Source: an uncultured Rhodospirillales bacterium
GTDB lineage: Bacteria > Pseudomonadota > Alphaproteobacteria > CALMVH01
Reading direction: 5' to 3'
Assembly: GCA_937873165.1 (NCBI GenBank)
Contig: CALMVH010000206.1
Location: 1 to 31,502, forward strand
Length of the DNA: 31,502 nt
Shown here: positions 9,744-19,097 of the stretch, in pieces
How the letters are laid out: each line of letters starts with the position of its first letter
Numbering within the stretch: the stretch's first letter is position 1
Notes under the pieces: generated by a model
The model's input: the letters and a program-made list of their open reading frames with translations, nothing else
Told to the model about the DNA's origin: nothing
The model's database searches: none
Position numbers and translations under genes: made by a program

Positions 9744-9752
9744 GAACTATCC

Positions 9753-10835
9753 TTAGGGTCTCGACCCCTCGCGGGTCAATGCCTTCTGGCGAAGCAGGAA
9801 GTCCGCCAGCACCAGCGCCATCATTGCCTCGCCGACCGGCACCGCCCGAATCCCGACGCAAGGGTCGTGGCGCCCCTTGGTTGAGATGCTCGTCTCGCCG
9901 GGGTTGAGGTCGATCGTGCGCCTTGGGCTCAAGATCGAACTTGTCGGCTTGACCGCGAAACGCACAACGATGTCCTGACCCGTCGATATCCCGCCCAGTA
10001 TGCCGCCCGCGTGGTTGGCGGCAAAGGCAGGCTGGCCGTTGTCCAAGTACATTTCGTCGGCGTTGTCCTCGCCCGACAGCGCGGCCGATGCGAACCCATC
10101 GCCGATCTCGACACCCTTCACTGCGTTGATACCCATCACGGCGGATGCCAGCACTGCGTCCAGTTTTTCGTACACCGGCTCGCCCAGTCCGGGTGGCACG
10201 CCACGGGCGGTGACTTCGATTACCGCCCCGGTGGACGAACCCGCCTTGCGGATGTCGTCGAGGTAGGTTTCCCACTGGATCGCGGCCTGGGGATCGGGGC
10301 AGAAGAACGGGTTTGCGTCGATGGCGGCATCGTCCCAACGGCTGCGGTCGATCCTCTGTGCGCCGATCTGGACCAGTGCGCCCCGGATCGAAATATCGGG
10401 GATGATCTTGCGCGCCACGGCCCCCGCCGCAACGCGCATCGCGGTTTCCCGCGCCGAAGACCGCCCGCCGCCGCGGTAGTCGCGGATGCCGTATTTGGCC
10501 CAATAGGTGTAATCGGCGTGTCCGGGCCGGAACTTGTCCTTGATGTCGCCGTAATCCTTCGAGCGCGCATCGACGTTCTCGATCAGCAGCGAAATGGGGG
10601 TGCCGGTCGTCACGCCTTCGAACACCCCGGAGAGAATTTTTACCTGATCGGTTTCGCGGCGCTGGGTGGTGAAGCGGTTCTGCCCGGGCGCGCGCTTGTC
10701 GAGGAAGGGCTGGATATCGGCTTCGGACAAGGGGATCAGAGGCGGCACGCCATCCAGCACGCACCCGATGGCCGGGCCATGGCTTTCGCCCCAGGTGGTA
10801 AATCGCAGTTGCGTGCCGGAACCGTTGCCCGCCAT
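9753..10835 (-). CDS. aroC: Chorismate synthase
   Basis: [53 protein letters not shown]. Confidence 0.98.
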   Translation of the reverse strand: MAGNGSGTQLRFTTWGESHGPAIGCVLDGVPPLIPLSEADIQPFLDKRAPGQNRFTTQRRETDQVKILSGVFEGVTTGTPISLLIENVDARSKDYGDIKDKFRPGHADYTYWAKYGIRDYRGGGRSSARETAMRVAAGAVARKIIPDISIRGALVQIGAQRIDRSRWDDAAIDANPFFCPDPQAAIQWETYLDDIRKAGSSTGAVIEVTARGVPPGLGEPVYEKLDAVLASAVMGINAVKGVEIGDGFASAALSGEDNADEMYLDNGQPAFAANHAGGILGGISTGQDIVVRFAVKPTSSILSPRRTIDLNPGETSISTKGRHDPCVGIRAVPVGEAMMALVLADFLLRQKALTREGSRP

Positions 10836-10841
10836 GGCGGC

Positions 10842-11699
10842 TCAGGCGGCGGAAGGCTTGCCGACCAGCCCCTGCAACAGGTCCGAAACCCCTTCCGCGG
10901 CATCCACCGCGACCATGCCGACCGTGTGATACCCGGCATCGACGTGCAGGATTTCACCGCTGACGCCCGAACCCAGCTCGCTCAGCAGGTACAAGGCCGA
11001 GTTGCCGACATCCTGGATGGTCACGTTGCGCCGGAGCGGCGCGTTCAGCTCGTTCCATTTCAGGATATAGCGGAAATCGGAGATGCCGCTGGCCGCCAGC
11101 GTCTTGATGGGTCCCGCCGAGATGGCGTTGACGCGGATATTCTTCTGTCCAAGGTCCACCGCCAGGTACCGTACCGAAGCCTCCAGGGCGGCCTTCGCCA
11201 CGCCCATGACATTGTAATGCGGCATGACCTTCTCGGCGCCATAATAGCTGAGGGTCAGCATCGATCCGCCGTTCGGCATCAGCTTTTCCGCCGCCTTCGC
11301 AATGGCGGTGAACGAGAACGCGGAAACATCCAGGGTCATCTGGAAGTTCTTGCGGGTGGTATCGACGTAGCGCCCGTCCAGTTCGGCCTTGTCGGAAAAG
11401 GCGATGGCGTGGACGACGAAGTCCAAGGTGCCCAGCTGTTTCTGGACCTTGGCAAACAGGGTTTCTATGGCATCGTCATCGGTCACGTCGCAGGCTTCGA
11501 TGAACGATGACTTGAGGGATTCGGCCAAGGGGCGGACGCGCTTCTCGATGGCATCGCCCGCATAGGTAAAGCCCAGGGTGGCGCCCTGCGCGGCACACGC
11601 GGTCGCGATGCCCCACGCAAGGGAACGTTCATTCGTCACGCCCATGATCAGGCCGCGCTTGCCCGCAAGAAGAGATCCCGTCATTCCACTATCAGTCAT
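10842..11699 (-). CDS. fabI: Enoyl-ACP reductase FabI
   Basis: GKRGLIMGVTNERSLAWGIA, VHAIAFS, YNVMGVAKAALE, RVNAISAGPIKTLAA; ATG 11699 follows an AGGGG SD. Confidence 0.97.
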   Translation of the reverse strand: MTDSGMTGSLLAGKRGLIMGVTNERSLAWGIATACAAQGATLGFTYAGDAIEKRVRPLAESLKSSFIEACDVTDDDAIETLFAKVQKQLGTLDFVVHAIAFSDKAELDGRYVDTTRKNFQMTLDVSAFSFTAIAKAAEKLMPNGGSMLTLSYYGAEKVMPHYNVMGVAKAALEASVRYLAVDLGQKNIRVNAISAGPIKTLAASGISDFRYILKWNELNAPLRRNVTIQDVGNSALYLLSELGSGVSGEILHVDAGYHTVGMVAVDAAEGVSDLLQGLVGKPSAA

Positions 11700-11771
11700 A
11701 AAAGCCCCTGCAAGTCCGTACGCTGATAAACCGCATCCGGGTGCCGAGAGCAAGCGGCAATGGCCTGGACC

Positions 11772-12311
11772 TTACGAGGAAACGGGGGTCCAGGAGCCGT
11801 CGGGATTGCGGCAAGCGGTTCCGACGGATTGCTGATTCTGACCGCCGATCAGGATATTCTGGGTGTACTCGCGGCAGTACTGCCCTTGCTGGTTCTGGTA
11901 CACCTGTTGCGGCACGATCGTGCCCGTGACCTGAGGATTGCTGGGGCTTTTCCAGGGTAGAGCCTGCCCGGGCTGGTTGTTGTTCAGCGCCACCTGAGTC
12001 TGCTGCTGGTTATAGGCGATGGTGCCCCGGTCCAGCGAGTTGCCGACGCGATTACCCAGAAAGCCGCCCAGCAGAACGCCGCCCACAGTGGTCAGGACCT
12101 TGCCGCTGCCATGCCCGAACTGGTTGCCCAGCAAGCCGCCGAGGCCTGCGCCCGCCAGCGTTCCCACAGCCTCGCCGCCGCCGATGCCGCTGCCGCCGGC
12201 GCTGCCGGTGCTGCCGTTTCCAAGCGGACCGGGCTGGCCCGTTTGCGTCGCGCAGGCGGCGAGGGACAGTGAAAGAGCAACGGTGCAGGCGGTCAGTTTC
12301 AGGGTCTTCAT
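11772..12311 (-). CDS. RT0821/Lpp0805 family surface lipoprotein (17-kDa antigen-like, glycine zipper)
   Basis: C-terminal 179 aa of the 11772..13304 ORF: lipobox LAAC, glycine zipper, YCREYTQ..GTACRNPDGSW. Confidence 0.9.
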   Translation of the reverse strand: MKTLKLTACTVALSLSLAACATQTGQPGPLGNGSTGSAGGSGIGGGEAVGTLAGAGLGGLLGNQFGHGSGKVLTTVGGVLLGGFLGNRVGNSLDRGTIAYNQQQTQVALNNNQPGQALPWKSPSNPQVTGTIVPQQVYQNQQGQYCREYTQNILIGGQNQQSVGTACRNPDGSWTPVSS

Positions 12312-12410
12312 CGCGGCGATTCCTTGCTGTTGTCGTAGCATCTCAGGCGAGAGGCGGATGCGTGCCAATCTTCGGCTGGACTTAAAGGGTGATTCGGGCG
12401 CAAATCGGGC

Positions 12411-13034
12411 ATGACCGAACGCGACCCATTTTCCGAAACAACCGCCGATCCCATCGAACTGTTCCAGTCTTGGCTGGAAACTGCAAAGGGAACCGAGATC
12501 AACGATCCAAACGCCATGTCGCTTGCCACGGTTGGACCCACGGGCGCGCCTTCGGTCCGGATCGTGCTTTGCAAGCGTGTCGATGCCGCCGGCTTCACGT
12601 TCTACACCAACCGCGAAAGCCGCAAAGGCGGCGAGTTGCTGCACACGCCGGTGGCGGCCCTTTGTTTCCACTGGAAATCCCTCCAGCGGCAGGTGCGGGT
12701 AGAAGGAAGGATTGCAGAAGTTTCTTCGGAAGACGCGGATGCGTATTTTGCCAGCCGGCATCCTTCCAGCCGCATTGGCGCGTGGGCCTCGCAACAATCG
12801 CGGCCGCTCGACAGCCGCACAACCCTGGAAGAGCGCACGAAAGAGTTCGAGGCCAGGTTCGCGGGGCAGAACCCGCCGCGTCCGCCGTACTGGACCGGCT
12901 TCACGGTTGCGCCCGCCGCCATCGAGTTCTGGCAGGAACGGCCTCACCGCCTGCACGACAGGGTCGTGTTTTCCCGCCAGCGCGACGAAGCGAAGGGTGA
13001 CGGAGTTTGGCAACAGCAGCGCCTGTATCCGTGA
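12411..13034 (+). CDS. pdxH: Pyridoxine/pyridoxamine 5'-phosphate oxidase
   Basis: NAMSLATV, RIVLCK, FYTNRESRKG, RQVRVEG, SRIGAWASQQS, EFWQ..HRLHDR, RLYP. Confidence 0.97.
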   Translation: MTERDPFSETTADPIELFQSWLETAKGTEINDPNAMSLATVGPTGAPSVRIVLCKRVDAAGFTFYTNRESRKGGELLHTPVAALCFHWKSLQRQVRVEGRIAEVSSEDADAYFASRHPSSRIGAWASQQSRPLDSRTTLEERTKEFEARFAGQNPPRPPYWTGFTVAPAAIEFWQERPHRLHDRVVFSRQRDEAKGDGVWQQQRLYP

Positions 13035-13960
13035 CCCTGGAACCGCCTGGAAGCGGTGGCCTGCGCGTCCGGGCCGCCATGGCAAGCCTGTGCGTCGCCG
13101 GCCTCCTGATCGTGCTGAAGATGCTGGCTTATTTAACAACGGAGTCGGCGGGCGTCCTTTCATCCCTGATGGACTCCATGCTCGACGGCTTGTCCGCGAC
13201 TGTGACGCTGATCGGCGTGCGTGCGGCTGGGCGGCCGCCCAGCCGCTCCTACCGCTTCGGGCGCGGCAAGGCAGAGCCGCTCGCGGCCTTGGCGCAGGCT
13301 GCATTTATCCTGGGATCGGCCGTGCTACTGTGCGTCGAGGTTGCCGACCGGATCGTCACAACACGACAGGTGCGTTTCGAAGCCTGGGGTATCGGCGCGC
13401 TCGCGATCGCATCCGTGATCGTAGTTGGGTTGATCGCGTTGCAACGGCAGGTCGTGAAGCAAACAGGCTCGATCGCCATTCAGGCCGACTTCCGGCATTA
13501 TGTCGGCGACATCGGCATCAACCTGGCCGTCATACTGGGGCTGATCCTGACGTCGCTGACGGGCATCATGCTGTTCGACACAGTGTTTGCGCTGATCGTT
13601 GCCGTGTTTCTGCTCGTCACGTCGTGGGGGGTTGGCAGGCAGGCTTTGCGCCTGCTGCTTGATCGCGAAATTCCTCAAGGCGAGCGGAACGCGATCCGCG
13701 CCTGCGTTCTTGCGCACCCGCAAGCGCGTGGGATGCACGATCTGCGCACCCGCGACTCCGGCACGATGAGGTTCATCGAACTGCATCTTGAGTTAGACGG
13801 AGCGTTGACACTCGCGCAAGCGCACGAGATCACCGATCAAATCGAAACGAACCTGAGACAGGACTTTCCCGCTACTGAAATTCTGATACACCAGGAACCG
13901 GCTGGGCTCGACGACCAGCGCCTGGATCAACGCATCGCGGAGACGTCGCAAGATGAATAA
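13031..13960 (+). CDS. fieF: Cation diffusion facilitator (FieF-like)
   Basis: SLMDSMLD, FGRGKAEPLAA, ADFRHY.GD, MHDLRTR, IELHLE, ILIHQEP; GTG start overlapping the pdxH stop. Confidence 0.88.
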   Translation: MTLEPPGSGGLRVRAAMASLCVAGLLIVLKMLAYLTTESAGVLSSLMDSMLDGLSATVTLIGVRAAGRPPSRSYRFGRGKAEPLAALAQAAFILGSAVLLCVEVADRIVTTRQVRFEAWGIGALAIASVIVVGLIALQRQVVKQTGSIAIQADFRHYVGDIGINLAVILGLILTSLTGIMLFDTVFALIVAVFLLVTSWGVGRQALRLLLDREIPQGERNAIRACVLAHPQARGMHDLRTRDSGTMRFIELHLELDGALTLAQAHEITDQIETNLRQDFPATEILIHQEPAGLDDQRLDQRIAETSQDE

Positions 13961-14438
13961 GAAGCTGCCGCTTGTCCTGTTCCTGAGCGTTCTTTCGACG
14001 GCGGCTCCAGCCCGCGCCGCGGATGAATCCTGTTGGAAATCCGCGGAAGTGACCGCGTACAACATCACCATGCAAACACTGATGATCGCCCATGTGGCGG
14101 CGGCTTGCGATAGTGTTGTACCCAGCACGCCAAGCCTGAAAACAAGATTTTCGGATTTTATTACAAAGAATGGACCGGCGATGGAGTCCGACCGTGGCCA
14201 CCTGAGCGACTATTTCAAGCGCGCCTATGGCGACGATTACCAGACCCCGATGCAGAAGTCGCTGGACCGCGAGAATACGCGCATAGAGGCAAAGGTCGCC
14301 CAGAACGTATCGGCGCAATCTTGCGCCGGAGGGGCGCAGTTGATCAACGCGCTGGCTGCCGCGACCTGGCCCGACTTCGTGCAGGACGCCGACGGCCAAC
14401 GCTGGGCCGACAAGGCCGGACTGCCGGCGTGCCAGTAA
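13953..14438 (+). CDS. Hypothetical secreted protein with 4 Cys
   Basis: Signal peptide MNKKLPLVLFLSVLSTAAPARA; overlaps the CDF gene end; high-GC coding bias. Confidence 0.7.
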   Translation: MNKKLPLVLFLSVLSTAAPARAADESCWKSAEVTAYNITMQTLMIAHVAAACDSVVPSTPSLKTRFSDFITKNGPAMESDRGHLSDYFKRAYGDDYQTPMQKSLDRENTRIEAKVAQNVSAQSCAGGAQLINALAAATWPDFVQDADGQRWADKAGLPACQ

Positions 14439-14466
14439 CGTTCCGCAAGTTATCGGTGCCGAAGAT

Positions 14467-14937
14467 TTAGGGCTGTTTCGGTGATTGCCGGCAATTGTTT
14501 GTAACCCGCAAGGCTTGTTTCGCGTCGGCGATCGCTTTGTCCGTCAGTTCCCCATTTTGTGCTTTTCCAAGCCGCTCCATATCCATCTGAACCGGCGTCA
14601 TGACAGAGTTTGGTATTACCGGCCCGGTATCCGAGGTCGTAACCGAACCCCTCCGGCTTTTACCATCCTGCGGATTGATGAGGCAGACATTCGTCAGGCC
14701 GCTGGGGTTACGGGGCGTGTTGTTCTCGACCCAGATTTCGACATTCGCGTCTATGCGCGGATTACCGCCTCGTGGCACGATATGAATAGCCGCCGCACGC
14801 CCGTCGGGCGTAGTGAAGTTGACATCCTGCGCCCTTGCCGCCGTCGATGCCAGCGCCGTTGACAAGGTCAGGCCGGAAATGAGTCGGGTCAGGAACGGCT
14901 TGGCAGGACGTCGCGTATCGTTGGAGAAATCGGGCAT
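14467..14937 (-). CDS. Hypothetical secreted protein (start 14937 or 14967)
   Basis: Hydrophobic signal-like stretch ending TAARA-QD; no competing genuine ORF. Confidence 0.6.
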   Translation of the reverse strand: MPDFSNDTRRPAKPFLTRLISGLTLSTALASTAARAQDVNFTTPDGRAAAIHIVPRGGNPRIDANVEIWVENNTPRNPSGLTNVCLINPQDGKSRRGSVTTSDTGPVIPNSVMTPVQMDMERLGKAQNGELTDKAIADAKQALRVTNNCRQSPKQP

Positions 14938-15035
14938 GCGCTGACCTTCGGTTCGTGTGTCATACAATGCTTTCGTCCTCAGACCATAGCAGCTTGAGCC
15001 ATATGCCGTGCGTCCTCAAGTTCGATACAAGTTAT

Positions 15036-15050
15036 TTAACATTTTTTTAA
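15036..15050. promoter_or_regulatory. Putative CtrA-type site TTAA-N7-TTAA
   Basis: TTAA-catTTTT-TTAA matches 8 of the 9 fixed positions of TTAA-N7-TTAAC. Confidence 0.5.
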
Positions 15051-15130
15051 TGAACATGCAAGGGCCCGGTACCAAGGCCAGTCGCTGCGAGACCTACCGG
15101 AACGGTACCATATCGATTTGAGCTGGAACG

Positions 15131-15158
15131 TTGACACCTACCCTGCGCAGGGTATCTG
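15131..15158 (+). promoter_or_regulatory. Probable sigma70-type sdhCDA promoter (TTGACA) with a palindrome in the spacer
   Basis: Perfect TTGACA at 15131-15136; TACCCTGCGCAGGGTA palindrome at 15139-15154; weak -10. Confidence 0.45.
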
Positions 15159-15186
15159 TAGCCACAGCAACCATCCGGGTCAGGTG

Positions 15187-15606
15187 ATGTCCGAAACCAG
15201 CGTCAGCGTCACGAATAAACCGAGGAAGCAGCGCCCCCTCTCGCCGCATCTGCAGATTTACAAGCCGCAACTGACCACGATCCTGTCGATCAGCCACCGC
15301 GTCAGCGGCATATTGCTGACGCTTGGACTGGTGTTATTCACAGGCTGGATCGTGACGCTGGCGGGACCACAGGATAGTTTTGACGCTTTTCAGGCGTTCC
15401 TCGGGTCGATAGGGGGTCAAATCCTGCTGTTCGGCTGCCTGTCCGCCCTGTGCTTCCATACTGCGACAGGTGTCAGGCATCTGTTCTGGGACGCGGGCGT
15501 TGGCTATTCCATTCCGGCGACGTACCGGTCGGGCTATGCGGTCCTGGGCTTCTCGGTACTGGCGACCGCCGTGGTCTGGATCCTTGGCATGAACTGGCTG
15601 TCATGA
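15187..15606 (+). CDS. sdhC: Succinate dehydrogenase cytochrome b556 subunit
   Basis: RPLSPHLQIYKPQLTTILSISHRVSG, FHTATGVRHLFWD. Confidence 0.97.
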   Translation: MSETSVSVTNKPRKQRPLSPHLQIYKPQLTTILSISHRVSGILLTLGLVLFTGWIVTLAGPQDSFDAFQAFLGSIGGQILLFGCLSALCFHTATGVRHLFWDAGVGYSIPATYRSGYAVLGFSVLATAVVWILGMNWLS

Positions 15607-16007
15607 TGTCCGGTCATGAAAAAGGTCTGCGTACGCCGCTGAAGCGCGTGCGGGGCCTCGGCTCGGCGAAGGAAGGCGTCTCGCATTGGTGGCAAACGCG
15701 CCTGACCTCGATCGCGCTGGTACCGCTGACGCTATGGTTCGTGGTCAGTTGCCTCGGCATCGAACACACCGACTACACGGGCGCCCGGTTGTGGATCGCC
15801 AGTCCCCTGCATGCGCTGCCGCTGATCCTCCTGACCGTTATCATGTTCATGCACGCCGCCAGCGGTATGCAGGCCGTGTTCGAGGATTATATCCACAAGG
15901 AAGGCCGCAAGCTTCTCGTGATCTACACGGTCAAGGCATTGTGTTTCGGCCTGTGCGCCGTCAGCGTATTCGCCATCCTTAGAATTGCGTTTGGAAACCA
16001 GTCCTGA
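15603..16007 (+). CDS. sdhD: Succinate dehydrogenase hydrophobic anchor subunit
   Basis: [38 protein letters not shown]. Confidence 0.96.
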   Translation: MMSGHEKGLRTPLKRVRGLGSAKEGVSHWWQTRLTSIALVPLTLWFVVSCLGIEHTDYTGARLWIASPLHALPLILLTVIMFMHAASGMQAVFEDYIHKEGRKLLVIYTVKALCFGLCAVSVFAILRIAFGNQS

Positions 16008-17794
16008 TGCCTGCTTACGAAATCATCGACCACGAATACGACGTTGTTATCGTAGGCGCGGGCGGTGCCGGTTTGCGGGCGGCCATGGGAATGTCGGAGA
16101 AGGGGCTCAAGACCGCCTGCCTGTCCAAGGTCTTTCCGACCCGCAGCCACACGGTGGCGGCGCAGGGCGGCATCAGTGCCGCGCTTGGCAACATGGGCGA
16201 GGATGACTGGCGCTACCATATGTACGACACGGTCAAGGGCTCTGACTGGCTGGGCGACCAGGACGCGATCGAATACATGTGCCGCGAGGCCATTCCCTCC
16301 ATCATCGAGCTGGAGCATTTCGGCGTGCCGTTCAGCCGCACGGCCGAGGGTAAGATCTACCAGCGCGCCTTTGGCGGCATGACGGCGAAGTACGGCGCCG
16401 AACAGGCGTACCGTACCTGCGCAGCCGCCGACCGCACCGGCCATGCCATGCTGCACACGCTGTACCAGCAGGCTTTGAAGCACCAGACTGAGTTCTTTAT
16501 CGAGTTCATCGCGCTGGACCTGCTGATGGACGAGGATGGCACCTGCCGCGGCGTGCTGGCGTGGAACCTCGACGATGGCACCATTCACCGTTTCCGCGGG
16601 CAAATGACTGTCCTCGCGACTGGCGGCTACGGCCGCGCGTACTTCTCGTGTACTTCGGCGCATACCTGCACGGGTGATGGCGGCGGCATGGTGCTGCGTG
16701 CTGGATTGCCGATGCAGGACATGGAGTTCGTGCAGTTCCACCCGACGGGTATCTACGGCGCAGGCTGCCTGATTACCGAAGGCGTGCGCGGCGAGGGCGG
16801 GTACCTGACAAACGTCACTGGCGAACGTTTCATGGAACGCTACGCCCCGCATGCCAAGGACCTCGCCAGCCGCGACGTGGTGAGCCGCTCCATGACCATC
16901 GAAATCCGCGAGGGCAGGGGCTGCGGGCCGCACAAGGATCATATTCACCTGCACCTTGAGCACCTCGATCCCAAGGTGATCCACGAGCGCCTGCCCGGCA
17001 TCGCGGAAACCGCGCGCGTGTTCGCGGATGTCGACGTGACGCGCCAGCCGATCCCGGTTCTGCCGACGGTGCACTACAACATGGGCGGCATTCCGACCAA
17101 CTACCGCACCGAAGTTCTGAACCCGACAGCCGCCGATCCCGACGCCGTGGTGCCGGGGCTGATGGCGATCGGCGAGGCAGCGTGCGTGTCGGTGCATGGC
17201 GCAAACCGCCTGGGCTCGAACTCGCTGCTCGACCTGGTGGTGTTCGGCCGCGCCGCCGCCCTGCGCGCCGCCGAGGTGGTGAAGCCCGGCGCGCTGCAGA
17301 AGGGTCCGCCGAAGGCCGCCGAGGACAAAGCGCTGGCCCGCTTCGACCATTTCCGTAACGCCTCGGGCAACATCCGCACCGCCAACCTGCGGATGGAGAT
17401 GCAGCGCGTGATGCAGAACGATTGCGCGGTGTTCCGCACCGACGAAACGCTGCAAAGCGGCGTCAAGTCGATGCAGGATGTCTGGGCAAAGCGGCCCGAC
17501 ATCGGCGTAGCCGACCGATCTCTGATCTGGAACTCCGACCTTGTGGAGACGCTGGAACTTGACAACCTGATGCTTCAGGCCGTCGCGACCATGAACAGCG
17601 CCGCCGATCGCCAGGAAAGCCGCGGCGCGCACGCCCGCGAAGACTTTCCGAACCGCGACGACGAAAAGTGGATGAGGCACTCGACGGTGAAAGTAGACGA
17701 GCAGGGCCAGATTACGCTCGGATCCCGGCCCGTGCACCTGTACACGCTGACAGATGAAGTCGAAGTATTCCCGCCTAAGGCACGGGTTTACTAA
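16007..17794 (+). CDS. sdhA: Succinate dehydrogenase flavoprotein subunit
   Basis: GAGGAG FAD motif, [12 protein letters not shown] covalent-FAD His, [27 protein letters not shown]-terminal PPKARVY. Confidence 0.99.
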   Translation: MPAYEIIDHEYDVVIVGAGGAGLRAAMGMSEKGLKTACLSKVFPTRSHTVAAQGGISAALGNMGEDDWRYHMYDTVKGSDWLGDQDAIEYMCREAIPSIIELEHFGVPFSRTAEGKIYQRAFGGMTAKYGAEQAYRTCAAADRTGHAMLHTLYQQALKHQTEFFIEFIALDLLMDEDGTCRGVLAWNLDDGTIHRFRGQMTVLATGGYGRAYFSCTSAHTCTGDGGGMVLRAGLPMQDMEFVQFHPTGIYGAGCLITEGVRGEGGYLTNVTGERFMERYAPHAKDLASRDVVSRSMTIEIREGRGCGPHKDHIHLHLEHLDPKVIHERLPGIAETARVFADVDVTRQPIPVLPTVHYNMGGIPTNYRTEVLNPTAADPDAVVPGLMAIGEAACVSVHGANRLGSNSLLDLVVFGRAAALRAAEVVKPGALQKGPPKAAEDKALARFDHFRNASGNIRTANLRMEMQRVMQNDCAVFRTDETLQSGVKSMQDVWAKRPDIGVADRSLIWNSDLVETLELDNLMLQAVATMNSAADRQESRGAHAREDFPNRDDEKWMRHSTVKVDEQGQITLGSRPVHLYTLTDEVEVFPPKARVY

Positions 17795-18157
17795 TGTTTT
17801 TTCGAGGTCACCCTCGGATACAATTTAAACCTATAGTTTTACAATGGCCTGTAATAAGCATACTTATTTCTTATCCTTTGTCTGGAATCGAACACCATTT
17901 TTATATTTTCTTTAAGCTTGCGATTTTAGCTGTTACTGTGGGAAAGGCAGCAAGCTTGCCTGGGATTATCGCTCTTTTTCTTTTTTGAAAGCGTTGGAAA
18001 AATTGTTGGACTACCTATCCTTTTATCAAACAATCTTAAGTTGGAAATAAGCGTATTTAGTCTGAAATATTTGATTCTCGTAAATATAATAACCACGTAC
18101 TTTATATTTAACTGGGTTCACTATCGTCGGTCATTCAAAGTATCCCATATCAATTAA
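17794..18157 (+). pseudogene. AT-rich hydrophobic ORF apparently split by a frameshift in a T6 tract
   Basis: Frame 1 (17794-17988) ends ...LFLF*. The +1 frame is open 17930-18157 (FESVGKIVGLPILL...FNWVHYRRSFKVSHIN*) with no ATG. The junction is at TTTTTT 17981-17986. Confidence 0.4.
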
Positions 18158-18280
18158 AGATTATAACCTTTAATCGCTGGTAGATGGTAACCTCCTGTTG
18201 CCTGGCTCAGTAAAGAATGCCAGTGTCTTTCCGCCAAAATGGCGTATGGTAATTGCGTCTTTTTCACGACGCGCGCGAAC

Positions 18281-18622
18281 ATGGCATCACCCCTCATTCT
18301 CGACTTGACCAGACATAGGCTGAGTTCCAGTCGGTTACGCCTGCAGGATTACGCCATCTGGAGCGGCAATCCCAACTCGACCTTCGGTGTGATTCGTTAC
18401 CAGACGGATGGCCACACCCAACTCTCAGTGAACAGGGTGAATTTGGACAAACGGATATTCCTCGACCGGAGCGGGAAGCCTCACGTGGACGAGTTCTTCA
18501 AGATGAACAAGGATACGATCTTCGACGCGATCGTCGGGGAACTTTACGGGTTTCGGATGGCGGCTGAAATGCCCATTGCATTTCCACCGCGCCCGAACAC
18601 CGTGCTGCTGCGAAAGCCCTAA
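18281..18622 (+). CDS. Hypothetical protein (alternative start 18239)
   Basis: Open frame MASPLILDLTR...PNTVLLRKP; no family recognised. Confidence 0.5.
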   Translation: MASPLILDLTRHRLSSSRLRLQDYAIWSGNPNSTFGVIRYQTDGHTQLSVNRVNLDKRIFLDRSGKPHVDEFFKMNKDTIFDAIVGELYGFRMAAEMPIAFPPRPNTVLLRKP

Positions 18623-18632
18623 AGCCGGACAC

Positions 18633-19097
18633 TCACAAGCCCTTGACAGCCTCCGCTACCTGGCTCACGTGCCCCGGAACGCTGACCTTGCGCCAAATCC
18701 TGGCAACCTTGCCATCGGCAGCGATCAGCACCGTCGAGCGCTCTATTCCCATGTACTTCCTGCCGTACATGCTTTTTTCCACCCACACGCCGTAGTCCTC
18801 GCAGGCCTGGCCTGCCTCGTCGGATGCCAGCGGGAAGGGCAGGCCGTACTTTGCCTTGAACTTGTCGTGGCTTTGCACGCTGTCTTTGGAAATGCCAACG
18901 ATCATGGCCCCGACGCCCACGAAATTGGGCATGGCATCCCGGAAGTCGCAAGCCTGCGCGGTGCAGCCCGACGTGTCATCCTTGGGGTAGAAATAAAGCA
19001 CCACCGGCTTGCCACGCAGTTTCGACAGCGTGACGGTCTCGCCGCCGTCGACCGGCAGGGTGAAGTCGGGCGCTTCAGATCCGGTTTCGACGCTCAT
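18633..19097 (-). CDS. bcp: Thioredoxin-dependent peroxiredoxin Bcp/PrxQ
   Basis: VVLYFYPKDDTSGCTAQACDFRD, YGRKYMGIERST; GGAG SD before ATG 19097. Confidence 0.96.
   Translation of the reverse strand: MSVETGSEAPDFTLPVDGGETVTLSKLRGKPVVLYFYPKDDTSGCTAQACDFRDAMPNFVGVGAMIVGISKDSVQSHDKFKAKYGLPFPLASDEAGQACEDYGVWVEKSMYGRKYMGIERSTVLIAADGKVARIWRKVSVPGHVSQVAEAVKGL

Noticed and set aside
11772-13304. 510-aa ORF suggesting a long fusion to the surface lipoprotein
   Set aside because: The N-terminal 331 aa is antisense to pdxH and the CDF gene; the real gene starts at 12311 with a lipoprotein signal.
18191-18196. Perfect AGGAGG SD on the minus strand (CCTCCT on +)
   Set aside because: No start codon at a usable distance and no minus-strand ORF follows; there is no 16S rRNA context.
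19075-19097. 23-nt overlap of the GT2 tail with the bcp start
   Set aside because: A short overlap consistent with ordinary operon compaction or stop-codon drift.
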